Positions 37,940-47,533 of a DNA stretch of 64,000 nt are shown here, piece by piece. The notes beneath the pieces are model-generated. The model had not been told where the DNA came from. It saw only the letters and a list, made by a program, of their open reading frames with translations, and ran no database searches. The stretch's first letter is position 1. Every line of letters begins with the position of its first letter. The DNA is taken from contig JAVYSA010000001.1 in the NCBI GenBank assembly GCA_038729445.1, positions 12,300 to 76,299 of the forward strand, in the 5' to 3' direction. Source of the stretch: Thermoplasmata archaeon. Lineage in GTDB: Archaea > Thermoplasmatota > Thermoplasmata > Lutacidiplasmatales > UBA184. The position numbers and the translations under genes were made by a program.

Positions 37940-40165
37940 ATGCCCGAGGTCCTGCATCTCAAGGTCGCCGAGGTGGCCCAGCAGGACGTCGGTCTCGGCA
38001 CGGCCCGGCTCGACGAGCGGAGCCGCCAGAAGCTCAAGGTCGGCATCGGGGACGTCATCGAGATCCGCGGGCGCAAGAGCACGCCGGCCCTCGTGGCGCG
38101 GGCCGTCCCGGACGACGAGGGACGGGGGATCATCCGGCTCGAGGCGATCCTGCGCCGCAACGCGGGGGTCAGCATCGGGGACCGGGTCCAGGTCCAGCGG
38201 GTCGACTGCCCCACGGCGGACGCGATCACGATCGCCCCCATCTACGCCGGCTCGGCACGGATGGACCTCGGCCCCGGGCTCGAGAGCTTCGTCCAGAAGG
38301 CGCTCGCCCGGCGCCCGTTCCTCCGGGGCGACATCTTCGTGATTCCGGGGGTCTTCCTGATGGGCGGATCCCTCCCCTTCACGGTCGTCAGCACCCAACC
38401 GAAGGGGATCGTCCAGGTCTCCCCGACGACGCTCATCACGATCAAGGAGGAGACGGTCAGCGAGTCGGAGATCGCCGCCCCGAGGGTCTCCTACGAGGAC
38501 ATCGGAGGGCTGCGCGAGAAGCTCGGCCGGGTCCGGGAGATGATCGAGCTCCCCCTCAAGCACCCGGAACTGTTCGACCGCCTCGCGATCTCGCCCCCGA
38601 AGGGCGTGCTGCTCTTCGGACCGCCCGGGACCGGCAAGACCCTCATCGCGAAGGCGGTCGCCAACGAGGCCGGCGCCCACTTCATCGGCATCCAGGGGCC
38701 GGAGATCATCTCCAAGTACTACGGGGAGAGCGAGAAGGAGCTCCGCGAGAAGTTCGAGGAGGCCGAGAAGAACGCGCCGAGCGTCGTCTTCATCGACGAG
38801 CTCGACTCGATCGCTCCCCGGCGCGACGAGGTCGTCGGGGAGGTCGAGCGCCGGGTCGTCGCCCAGCTCCTGACCCTGATGGACGGGCTGTCGGGGCGTG
38901 GGAACGTCATCGTGATCGCCGCGACGAACCGGGAGGAGGCGATCGACCCCGCGCTGCGCCGCCCCGGCCGCTTCGACCGGGAGATCGAGATCGGGGTCCC
39001 GACCGCGGCGGGCCGCCTCGAGATCCTCCAGATCCACACCCGCGGCATGCCGATCGAGGGGAGCGAGCGCGAGCGGGAGCGGATCCTCAAGGATCTCGCG
39101 GCGCTCAGCCACGGCTTCGTCGGCGCGGATCTCGCCGCCCTGGCCCGGGAGGCGGCGATGCGCGCGCTGCGGCGCTACCTGCCCGAGATCGACTTCGACA
39201 AGCCGATCCCGCTCACCCTGCTCGAGCGGATGAAGGTCACCGAGCGGGACTTCCGGGACGCCCTCAAGCAGATCGAGCCGTCGAGCCTCCGGGACGTGAC
39301 GGTCGAGGTCCCCTCGACCCGCTGGGACGAGGTCGGCGGCATCGGCCGGGTCCGCCGGACCCTCGTCGAGTCGGTCGAGCTGCCGTTCCGGACCCCGGAG
39401 ACCTACCGCCAGATGGGGATCGAGCCGCCCCGCGGGATCCTCCTCTATGGTCCCCCGGGGGTCGGCAAGACCCTGCTCGCCAAGGCGGTGGCGACGGAGA
39501 GCCAGGCGAACTTCATCAGCGTCAAGGGCCCCGAGGTGATGAGCAAGTGGGTCGGGGAGAGCGAGAAGGCGATCCGGATGATCTTCAAGAAGGCCCGCCA
39601 GGCCTCCCCGTCGATCGTCTTCATCGACGAGATCGACGCGATCGCCCCACGGCGCGGCCTCCAGAACTCGTCGGGGGTCACGGAGCGGATCGTCAACCAG
39701 CTTTTGACCTCGATCGACGGGCTCGAGTCGCTCGACCGGGTCCTCGTCCTCGCGGCGACCAACCGGCCGGACATCCTGGACGAGGCCCTGCTGCGCAACG
39801 GCCGGTTCGACCACTGGCTCTACGTCGAGCCCCCGAGCGAGGCCGGCCGCCTCGAGATCCTCAAGGTCCACACGCGGGCGATGCCGCTCGCCCCGGATGT
39901 CGACCTTGCCCAGATCGCCGCCCGGACCGACGGGCTGGTCGGGAGCGACCTCGCGGCGCTCTGCCGGGAGGCCGGCATGAACGCCATCCGCGAGAACCCG
40001 AAGGCGACGCGGGTCACCGCCGCGCACTTCGAGGCGGCGATGCGGGAGGTCCACTCCTCCTGCGACCCCGAGTCGCTCAGGTTCTACGAGGAGTTCCAGA
40101 AGCACGGGCTCCGCGAGCGCGTCGGGCGGCGCCGCGAGGAGCCGGTGACCGCCATCTACCGCTGA
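37940..40165 (+). CDS. cdc48: CDC48/VAT AAA+ ATPase
   Basis: N-domain plus two AAA modules: GPPGTGKT/FIDELDSI/RRPGRFD and GPPGVGKT/FIDEIDAI; C-terminal IYR (HbYX-like). Confidence 0.96.
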   Translation: MPEVLHLKVAEVAQQDVGLGTARLDERSRQKLKVGIGDVIEIRGRKSTPALVARAVPDDEGRGIIRLEAILRRNAGVSIGDRVQVQRVDCPTADAITIAPIYAGSARMDLGPGLESFVQKALARRPFLRGDIFVIPGVFLMGGSLPFTVVSTQPKGIVQVSPTTLITIKEETVSESEIAAPRVSYEDIGGLREKLGRVREMIELPLKHPELFDRLAISPPKGVLLFGPPGTGKTLIAKAVANEAGAHFIGIQGPEIISKYYGESEKELREKFEEAEKNAPSVVFIDELDSIAPRRDEVVGEVERRVVAQLLTLMDGLSGRGNVIVIAATNREEAIDPALRRPGRFDREIEIGVPTAAGRLEILQIHTRGMPIEGSERERERILKDLAALSHGFVGADLAALAREAAMRALRRYLPEIDFDKPIPLTLLERMKVTERDFRDALKQIEPSSLRDVTVEVPSTRWDEVGGIGRVRRTLVESVELPFRTPETYRQMGIEPPRGILLYGPPGVGKTLLAKAVATESQANFISVKGPEVMSKWVGESEKAIRMIFKKARQASPSIVFIDEIDAIAPRRGLQNSSGVTERIVNQLLTSIDGLESLDRVLVLAATNRPDILDEALLRNGRFDHWLYVEPPSEAGRLEILKVHTRAMPLAPDVDLAQIAARTDGLVGSDLAALCREAGMNAIRENPKATRVTAAHFEAAMREVHSSCDPESLRFYEEFQKHGLRERVGRRREEPVTAIYR

Positions 40166-40264
40166 GGCCCCGGCCCACCGGCTGCGTTTTCCCGGCAAGC
40201 TATAAGTAGAAGGCCCAAGTTCGCGCGCAGAGTTTGCCCCCCATCGGGGCCTCGTGAAGGAGAC

Positions 40265-43200
40265 GTGAAGTCGTTGCGTTCCGCCGTACCGAAGGCCGCC
40301 GTGTGCGCCCTGATCCTGGCCCTCGTTGCGGCCAGTCTGGTCCCCCTCGTCAGCGCGTCGAGCTCGACCCCCTACACCCTGTACGGGTACGCCTACCAGC
40401 CGGGGATCGGGACCCCGGTCCCCGCGGGCGTCACGGTGGAGCTCACGTCGGCGGCCAGCGGCACGGTCTACACCACCACGACGGCCCAGGGAGGCCAGTT
40501 CGTCTTCTCGAGCGCCTCGAACGCCCCGGGCCTCGCGCCGGGCAGCTGGGGGGTCTCGATCCCCGCCCAGACGAACCTCAGCCTCGCCGGCTGCGGGCCG
40601 TACCCGTGCGCCGTCCTTCCGGCCTCCTCGGCACCGGTCTACCTCTACCAGACGAGCGCGAACCTGACCAGCGGGGGGAGCTCCGGCTTCGTGACGGTCC
40701 GCAACGTCACCGTCCTCCAGTACAACGCGACGGTCTCGGGGACCGTCACCTACCAAGGCGCCCCGGCGATCGGCGCCAGCGTCCAGCTGTTGGACGCCAG
40801 CCGGAACAACGTCGTGCTCGCGAGCAACGTGACCCGCGCGGGCGGGAGCTTCTCGTTCCCCGCCCCGGCCGGCACCTGGGTGCTCCGGACGACCCTCCCC
40901 GGGCCGACCGTCCGCTACAACGTGACGGAGCTCACGATCGCTCCGTTCTCGACCGTCACGCCCGCGATCGCGATCCAGAACTACCTCCTGCAGGGGTCGC
41001 TGAGCGTCGGGTCCCCGGGCATCGCGCCGAACTCCCCCGGCAACGTGACCGTCTTCGACCCGGCCAACGGCTACATCTACCGCGGGACGATGACCCCGAG
41101 CGGCTTCTTCTCCTTCGGGACCTACCGGAACTTCACCACCTTCGGTTCCCAGCCGCTCGACGTCTTCCTGTCGACCGGGGCGACCACCACCGCGTACTTC
41201 GGGGCGACGATCTCGGCGAACACCCCGATCACGCGCAACGTCGTCGCGCCGGCGATCTCCTCCGCCAACCAGGGCCTCTACACCACGACGCTCAACTTCC
41301 GCGGCTTCAACGCCACGACGGGGAACGGGACGCTGGAGGTCACCACGAACGCCACCCTCGGCAACGACACGGTCCTGCCGTACCTGCCGAACGGCTCGGT
41401 CGGACAGCTCTGGAGCCAGCTCGGCCTCGACTTCGCCCACAGCCTGTCGCTGCCGACCGCGGACCTGCCGGCCGTCCTCACGTGGATCAACTCCACCGGC
41501 GCCTTCTTCCCTGCCGCCCAGGCCGGGGCGGCGATCAACGGGACCGCCTTCGAGCCGGTGTCGTATGCGGGCGGGGGCCAGCCGCTCTACCAGTTCGCCG
41601 CCTCGACGGCCTGCTCCCTCGCCGCCTGTGGCCCGCTGAGCTCGGACCCGCTCAACCTCTCCTACGCGCAGGCGTTCGTTCTCACGAGCTCGGTCGCGAC
41701 CAAGAGCCCCGCCTACACCATCTCCTTCACGATCCGTCACCCGACCACGCACGACCTGTTCACCTACAACGTGCTCCTCCCCACGGGCTATGTCCTCCGG
41801 TCGGGGACGAGCATTCCCGCGGGCACGAGCCTCACGCCGACCGGTCCGTCCGGCGCGTGGACGAGCTTCCGCCTGACGAGCTACCCGAGCACGAGCCCCT
41901 CGGCGACCGTCACCCTGCCGATCCTGAAGGCGGGCGCGGTCACCCCCATCGTCAACATCACGGCCTCGAACTTCGCCTTCGCCGCCTCCGCGAACGTCCT
42001 CAACGGGACCCGCGCGAACTACACGGTCGCCGTGGGGGCCGGCATTCCCGTCACCTTCAGCGCCCAGAACTCGATCTTCCCGGCAGGAACCAACGCGACC
42101 TCCTACCGCTGGAGCTTCGGCAACGGCAACACCTCGGCGAACCTCACGAGCTCGATCACCAGCTACACCTACCCCGCCGGCTCGGCCACCGCCCCGTTCC
42201 GCGGCACGCTCACGATCCTGAGCTCCGCCGGGACCACGACGACCACCGGGTTCACGATCTGGGTCGTCCCGCCCGGCCTCACCGCGGCACACCTCTCCTA
42301 CAACGTCACGGGCTCGAAGGTGCGATCCGCCGACGGGGTCCCCTACCTCTTCCTCAACTGGAGCGAATCGGTGACGTTCAACGCCTCGGGCTCCAGCGGC
42401 AACGTCTCGGCCCCGGCGGTGCCGGGGGTCCTCACGGTCGCGCTCTTCTCGGTCCAGGCGAACGGCTACTCGCGGACCCAGAACAACTCCGTGAGCCAAG
42501 GGACGGCGTTCCTGACCCCGTTCACCACGACGTTCCTCGGCAACGGCCTCTACTTCAACGGCACGACCATCAACGGGGTCTCGATCACCGGATTCCTGGG
42601 CTGGCGCTACTACGTCAACCTGACGGTCTGGACGGGCACCGGGGGCTACGCGACGACCTCCCTCATCGTGCTCGTCAATGACACCCAGAAGCCCGTCGCC
42701 GCCTTCTCCCTCCTCAACGCCAAGGGCCAGTACATCGCCCCCGGCGGGACCGTCGTCGAGGGAGCGAACGCCACCGCCCAGGTGCAGCTGAACGCCGTGA
42801 ACTCGACCGACCCGAACAACGGGTCGATCGTCCGGTACGTCTGGAACATCACCAACGCGGGCAACACGACCTTCCGGTTCACGAACATCACCCAGATTGC
42901 GCTGCCCCCGGCCTACCGCTATCCGGGCCGGGTCTCGGTCTGGCTCCCGCCGCAGATCGGGCCCTATACCGTCAACCTCACCGTCGTCGACCGGGCCGGC
43001 AACTCCGCCTATACGACGCAGAAGCTCTCGGTGACGATCAACACGACCACGCGTCCGATCATGGCGGCGGGCAACCTCACGGGGCCGAGCTCGGTCACCC
43101 AGGGCCGCAGCTACACCTACTGGGTGAACGTCACGGTCGGCGGCGGCGCGAAGGCGGTGGCCCGGAACATCACCGTCGCCTTCTACCTCCTCCCGCCGAG

Positions 43201-43660
43201 CGGCATCGGGACCCGGACGGTCATCGTCCCCTCCTCCGCCGTCCAGTTCTTCAACTACACGAACGGGGTCGTCAACCCGACCCCGGCGGCGACGGGGGTC
43301 TACCCCGCCCTCGCCTACGGCAAGACGGTGCGGGCCCAGATCACCTGGTCGGTCCCCGTCGGCAGCCTGCTGTCGGCGGGGCTGACGGGCAGCTTCAACC
43401 TCTACGCCAACATCTCGGCCCAGAACGAGTTCGCCGGCAGCTATGTGAACGGCCCGCAGACCGCCGTGATGGGGATCTCGATCGCGCCGAACCCCACGAA
43501 CCAGTACATCGTCTACGGCATCATCGCCGCGGTCGTCGTGGTCTTGGCGCTGCTGATCTTCGTCTGGTACCGCCGGCGCTCGCGCCGCAGCGGACGGGTC
43601 GGCTCGGCGAGCCGCACGGGCCTCGAGCGGGGCGCGCGGCGGGACGCCAAGCAGCCGTAG
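40265..43660 (+). CDS. Large secreted, C-terminally anchored cell-surface glycoprotein (Ig/PKD-like beta domains)
   Basis: Signal peptide; T/S/N/G-rich; many N-x-S/T sequons; PKD-like YRWSFGNG and YTVNLTVVDRAGN; C-terminal TM followed by RRRSRR. Confidence 0.85.
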   Translation: MKSLRSAVPKAAVCALILALVAASLVPLVSASSSTPYTLYGYAYQPGIGTPVPAGVTVELTSAASGTVYTTTTAQGGQFVFSSASNAPGLAPGSWGVSIPAQTNLSLAGCGPYPCAVLPASSAPVYLYQTSANLTSGGSSGFVTVRNVTVLQYNATVSGTVTYQGAPAIGASVQLLDASRNNVVLASNVTRAGGSFSFPAPAGTWVLRTTLPGPTVRYNVTELTIAPFSTVTPAIAIQNYLLQGSLSVGSPGIAPNSPGNVTVFDPANGYIYRGTMTPSGFFSFGTYRNFTTFGSQPLDVFLSTGATTTAYFGATISANTPITRNVVAPAISSANQGLYTTTLNFRGFNATTGNGTLEVTTNATLGNDTVLPYLPNGSVGQLWSQLGLDFAHSLSLPTADLPAVLTWINSTGAFFPAAQAGAAINGTAFEPVSYAGGGQPLYQFAASTACSLAACGPLSSDPLNLSYAQAFVLTSSVATKSPAYTISFTIRHPTTHDLFTYNVLLPTGYVLRSGTSIPAGTSLTPTGPSGAWTSFRLTSYPSTSPSATVTLPILKAGAVTPIVNITASNFAFAASANVLNGTRANYTVAVGAGIPVTFSAQNSIFPAGTNATSYRWSFGNGNTSANLTSSITSYTYPAGSATAPFRGTLTILSSAGTTTTTGFTIWVVPPGLTAAHLSYNVTGSKVRSADGVPYLFLNWSESVTFNASGSSGNVSAPAVPGVLTVALFSVQANGYSRTQNNSVSQGTAFLTPFTTTFLGNGLYFNGTTINGVSITGFLGWRYYVNLTVWTGTGGYATTSLIVLVNDTQKPVAAFSLLNAKGQYIAPGGTVVEGANATAQVQLNAVNSTDPNNGSIVRYVWNITNAGNTTFRFTNITQIALPPAYRYPGRVSVWLPPQIGPYTVNLTVVDRAGNSAYTTQKLSVTINTTTRPIMAAGNLTGPSSVTQGRSYTYWVNVTVGGGAKAVARNITVAFYLLPPSGIGTRTVIVPSSAVQFFNYTNGVVNPTPAATGVYPALAYGKTVRAQITWSVPVGSLLSAGLTGSFNLYANISAQNEFAGSYVNGPQTAVMGISIAPNPTNQYIVYGIIAAVVVVLALLIFVWYRRRSRRSGRVGSASRTGLERGARRDAKQP

Positions 43661-43838
43661 ACGCACGGCGGCGGACGGCGGGCTCGGCCCCTGTCGCTGC
43701 CCCCGCCCGAGAACGGGCCCACCCGATCGCGGAGGCGGCACCCGGGCCGGTGCCGTCCGGGCCTCCCTCCGCCCGATCGGGGCGCCGGGCTTGCGCGCAG
43801 GGAAGGGAGGGGCCGCGGGCCGTGGCCGGCCCCGGAAT

Positions 43839-44036
43839 TCAGCCGTACGGGCCGACCTCGTCGAGGAGGTCGACGTGGGTCAGGAGCATCCGCCGGCAGC
43901 AGTAGCGGGAGAGCCCGAGGGCGTCCAAGACCGCCTTCGGGTCTTCCCCGCGGGCGGTCCGCTCGCAGTACTCGTCCCAGTGTTGGCCGATGACCGCACC
44001 GCAGGAGAAGCATCGGATCGGGACCATCATCGTCAT
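43839..44036 (-). CDS. rpoN: RNA polymerase subunit N (Rpo10)
   Basis: PIRCFSCG...LGLSRYCCRRMLLTH. Confidence 0.96.
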   Translation of the reverse strand: MTMMVPIRCFSCGAVIGQHWDEYCERTARGEDPKAVLDALGLSRYCCRRMLLTHVDLLDEVGPYG

Positions 44037-44064
44037 CGGATCGTCGAGCCTCCTCGGGTCTCCC

Positions 44065-44475
44065 TCACCGGTACGACTTCTGCCGCCGGGCCCTCGCCCC
44101 GCGGCCGCCCGGGCGCTTGGGCAGCTTGCGGCGGGGGTCGTTGACGAGCAGGGAGCGGTCGTAGCGCTTGAACATGTCGGTCAGGGTCGGGTCCTTGATC
44201 CAGGCGATCAAGCCGCGGGCGACCGCCGTGCGGGCCGCCGAGGCCTGCCCGACGATCCCTCCGCCCTGGGCGGAGACGGAGATGTCGAGGGCCTTCCAGC
44301 GGTCCCCGACCATGAGCAGGGGCTCCTGGATCTTCAGGCGGACCAGCTCGGGCTCCACGAGCTCGAGCGGCCGGTCGTTGAACCGGACGAGGCCCCGGCC
44401 CTTGCGGACCGTCGCGCGGGCCACGGCCGTCTTGCGCTTGCCGGTCGCCAGGACGATCGACGGTGCCTTTACCAT
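44065..44475 (-). CDS. rps9: 30S ribosomal protein uS9
   Basis: GKRKTAVARA, GGGIVGQA, YDRSLLVNDPRR, GARARRQKSYR. Confidence 0.97.
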   Translation of the reverse strand: MVKAPSIVLATGKRKTAVARATVRKGRGLVRFNDRPLELVEPELVRLKIQEPLLMVGDRWKALDISVSAQGGGIVGQASAARTAVARGLIAWIKDPTLTDMFKRYDRSLLVNDPRRKLPKRPGGRGARARRQKSYR

Positions 44476-44930
44476 CGGGCCCCCAGCAGCGCCGTGATCT
44501 CGGCCAACGTGAGCGGAGGGCGGAGCGTCGGGCGGGCCCGGGCGGCCTCCAAGGTCCCGGCCGAGACCCCCTGGTACTCGGGAGGGACGCCCAGGTGGAC
44601 CTCGAGGCGGCCGAGTGCCTCCTTCCCGCGGGTCTTGAGGTGGGGGAGCATCCCGCGCACCGTCCGCCGGAAGATCCGGTCCGCGTAGCGGGGGTAATGG
44701 GGGCCGCTCCGGACGCTCCCGCGGGCCCGGCGTGCCGTGAACTCGGCGAGGACCGACGAGCGGCTGCCCGTCACGACCGCCTGCTCCGCGTGGACGACCA
44801 CGATCCGCTCCCCGGCGAGGAGGCGGCGGGCGATGAGGCTGGCCGCCCTCCCGAGGACGAGGCCGGTGGCGTCGATGACCGTGGGGGCCGGCGCCGGAAG
44901 GGCGGCGACGGGGGCGGTCGCGTCAGGCAA
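44469..44930 (-). CDS. rpl13: 50S ribosomal protein uL13
   Basis: IDATGLVLGRAAS, GPHYPR, RTVRGMLP. Confidence 0.95.
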   Translation of the reverse strand: MPDATAPVAALPAPAPTVIDATGLVLGRAASLIARRLLAGERIVVVHAEQAVVTGSRSSVLAEFTARRARGSVRSGPHYPRYADRIFRRTVRGMLPHLKTRGKEALGRLEVHLGVPPEYQGVSAGTLEAARARPTLRPPLTLAEITALLGARW

Positions 44931-45288
44931 CGATCGTCACCCCCGATCCGTCCGGCCTCCATTGCAGGAGCTCGTGGAGCGTGAGGACCCTTCCGCCGGC
45001 GGCGTGGACCTTCGCCCGGGCCGTGGCGGAGCAGCGGAACGCGGCCACGGTGATCGGCCGTGCGATCTCGCCGTCGGCGAGCAACGTCCCGGGCACGACG
45101 ACGACCTCCCGCCCCCCGCTCGCCCGCTCGAGCTGGCCGACACGGACCGGAGGGACCTGGTGCCGCCCACGCTCGAGGCGCCGGGCGACCGCGGCCCAGA
45201 CCGGGGCGGAGTGGTCCCGGGCGGCGCGCCTAAGCTCGACGAGCGCATGCGCCAGCTCGGGATTCTGCTTCGGGTGCGACGCGGCCAT
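44923..45288 (-). CDS. rpl18e: 50S ribosomal protein eL18
   Basis: NPEL...APVWAAVA...VVVPGTLL...VAAFRCS...AAGGRV; canonical L18e-L13-S9-rpoN order. Confidence 0.93.
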   Translation of the reverse strand: MAASHPKQNPELAHALVELRRAARDHSAPVWAAVARRLERGRHQVPPVRVGQLERASGGREVVVVPGTLLADGEIARPITVAAFRCSATARAKVHAAGGRVLTLHELLQWRPDGSGVTIVA

Positions 45289-45434
45289 GCGCGGGAGCGC
45301 CTCGACCCGAGTGCTCGATATAAGCGTTGCCCAGACGGGGGCCCGCCGAGGCGGGTCCGGGCTGCGCCGGAGGGTTTCCGCCGCCGACCAACGATTAAAT
45401 ATCGACCCTCCCCATCCCCGCGCCGGGGCACTCC

Positions 45435-45677
45435 ATGCGCAAGTTCCTCACCGAGCTCCAAGGCAAGACCGTGATGACCAACGACGGCCAGATCCTGGGA
45501 GTGATCGACAACTTCGTGGTCGACACGGTCACCGGGTCGATCGCCCACGTCCTCGTGACCCCCAGCGAGGACATCGAGACGACGCTCTTCACCTCCGACG
45601 CGGCCGGCCGGCTCGTGCTCCCCTTCAAGAGCATGCGCGCGGTCAAGGACGTCGTCGTGGTGGACATTGCCAAGTGA
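45435..45677 (+). CDS. PRC-barrel domain protein
   Basis: LQGKTVMTNDGQILGVIDNFVVDTVTGSI...PFKSMRAVKDVVVV. Confidence 0.9.
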   Translation: MRKFLTELQGKTVMTNDGQILGVIDNFVVDTVTGSIAHVLVTPSEDIETTLFTSDAAGRLVLPFKSMRAVKDVVVVDIAK

Positions 45678-46521
45678 GCCGGTTCCGATCAGCGTCGTCG
45701 TCACCGTCCGCAACGAGGAGTCCCACCTCCGTGCCCTGCTCGACAGCCTGATCGTCCAGGAACCCCCCTTCGAGATCCTGATCGTCGACGGCGGGAGCCG
45801 CGACGGCACCCTGCGCGTCGCCCGCGAGTTCGAGCGCGCCCACCCCGGGGTCGTCCGCGCTTGGCTTTATCCCTCGAGCCGGGGGGAGGGACGCAACCAC
45901 GGGGTGGCGCGGGCCCGCCACGACCGGATCGCCTTCACCGACGGCGACTGCGTCGCCGACCCGGGCTGGCTCGCCGCGATCCGCCGGGGGTTCTTGGAGG
46001 CGCCGGTCGTCGCGGGGACGACCGTCCCGATCGCGCCCTCGCGGTTCGGCGAACTCGAGCGGGTCGAGCTCTACCTGGAGGGGAGCGACGTCACCTTCCC
46101 CTCCGCGAACCTCGGCTACGCGGCCGCGCTGTTCCGCGAGCTCGGGGGGTTCGATCCCCGGTTCGTCACGGCGGAGGACATCGACCTCAACCTGCGCGCC
46201 GTCCAGGCGGGAGCACGGATCCTCCACGTCCCCGAGGCGATCATCCGCCACCGGCCGAGGGAGAGCTGGCCGGCGTTCCTTCGGCAGGCGTTCTGGAACG
46301 GCTACGGGCGCAAGCAGCTCACGGAGAAGCATGGGGCGATGTGGGGCCACTACCGCGTCGAGCGCCTCGCCCACGGCCAGCGGGGGGCGGTCGCGATGGT
46401 CCGCCTCGGGGCCGCGCTCACCGGCTATTTCGCCCGCGTGCTCACGGGCAGGAGGGACCGGATCGCGTACGAGGGCCCGGTCCGCCCGGGGGCCACGGGG
46501 GCCCCCCCCAAGGCCGGCTAG
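45667..46521 (+). CDS. Glycosyltransferase family 2
   Basis: ISVVVTVRNEE, VDGGSRDGT, RNHG, FTDGDC, GGFD, EDIDL; TTG start overlapping the upstream gene. Confidence 0.9.
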   Translation: MPSEPVPISVVVTVRNEESHLRALLDSLIVQEPPFEILIVDGGSRDGTLRVAREFERAHPGVVRAWLYPSSRGEGRNHGVARARHDRIAFTDGDCVADPGWLAAIRRGFLEAPVVAGTTVPIAPSRFGELERVELYLEGSDVTFPSANLGYAAALFRELGGFDPRFVTAEDIDLNLRAVQAGARILHVPEAIIRHRPRESWPAFLRQAFWNGYGRKQLTEKHGAMWGHYRVERLAHGQRGAVAMVRLGAALTGYFARVLTGRRDRIAYEGPVRPGATGAPPKAG

Positions 46522-47378
46522 GCCCGCCCGGACTTCTGCAGCTCGAGCAGGTCCTCGGTGCTGACCTTCTCGCCCTTCTTGAGCCGGGCCAGGAAGTCCT
46601 CCTCCTTCGGGGGTTCCTCCGACCAGGAGGAGGGGGCCCGGCCGCTGCGGGCCGCGTAGAGCATCTTCTCGATGTCGTGGACCTCCTCGATCGCCGCGAT
46701 GTGGGCCCGGTGCTCCTCGTCGGCGCGGGACTTCGTCTCGATGAGCTTCGCCTGGATCTCGTCGGCCTGGCGGCGCAGATCGTCGACCTTCTCGTAGAGC
46801 GCGACCATCGCGTCGTGGGCCCGCTGGGCCTCCTCGGCGAGCCGCCCCACGGCCGCGTGGTGCGCCTCGGCCTCCGCGCGCGCCGCGTTCATCTCCTCGA
46901 GGGCCTTCTCGATCTCCGGATCGCGGCGGAGCTGCTCATCCTGCTCGCGGATTGCGGCCTCGAGCCGCTTCATCTCCTCGATGAGGCGCTTCTCCTGCTC
47001 CCCCGTGAGCGCCGTCGTCATGTGCCGGAACTCGAGCTCCTTGAGCTCCTTGCGCAGGCGCCAGACCGGGACCGCCCCCGGCCGGGGCGCCCGGCTGCGC
47101 TTGAGCTCCTGGAAGCGGTCGGCGGCCGCCTGCAGCTTCTGGTTCCACTCCTCCCGGAGCCGCTTCTCGGCGCGGACCTCCTCGTTGAGGGCGTCCCGGG
47201 CGTGCCGGTGGTCCTGGGCCTCGGCGCTGAGCCGGTGCAGCTCGTCCAGGATCGCCCCGCGCTGGTCGGCGAGCGCCCGGGCCTCCGCGTTCAGCCGGTC
47301 CCGGCGGGCCCGGTGCTCATCCGCCCGCTGGTTCGTCTCGGCCCGTCGCCGCTCCAAATCCGCTGTCGCGTCCGCCAC
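46518..47378 (-). CDS. Archaeal coiled-coil protein (COG1340-like)
   Basis: Long heptad-rich helix, LEFRHMTTALT...EKRL, C-terminal LKKGEKVSTEDLL. Start is approximate. Confidence 0.82.
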   Translation of the reverse strand: MADATADLERRRAETNQRADEHRARRDRLNAEARALADQRGAILDELHRLSAEAQDHRHARDALNEEVRAEKRLREEWNQKLQAAADRFQELKRSRAPRPGAVPVWRLRKELKELEFRHMTTALTGEQEKRLIEEMKRLEAAIREQDEQLRRDPEIEKALEEMNAARAEAEAHHAAVGRLAEEAQRAHDAMVALYEKVDDLRRQADEIQAKLIETKSRADEEHRAHIAAIEEVHDIEKMLYAARSGRAPSSWSEEPPKEEDFLARLKKGEKVSTEDLLELQKSGRA

Positions 47379-47533
47379 GGAGTCCAGCCTCTTCGCCGAA
47401 GGTCCGCCGAATCGGCGTTCGAGAGGGGGGCTCAATAAAAGGCTAACGCGCGGCGGGAACACCGGGGGATTGGGATCGGGGCCATGCCGCCCCGGCGGGG
47501 CCGGCCCGCTTCCTCGGCCGCGCTACCCTAATA

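Noticed and set aside
37928..43741. 1937-aa minus-strand ORF
   Set aside because: It is the antisense shadow of cdc48 and the surface protein. High GC3 removes stops on the opposite strand, and the translation is low-complexity with no motifs.
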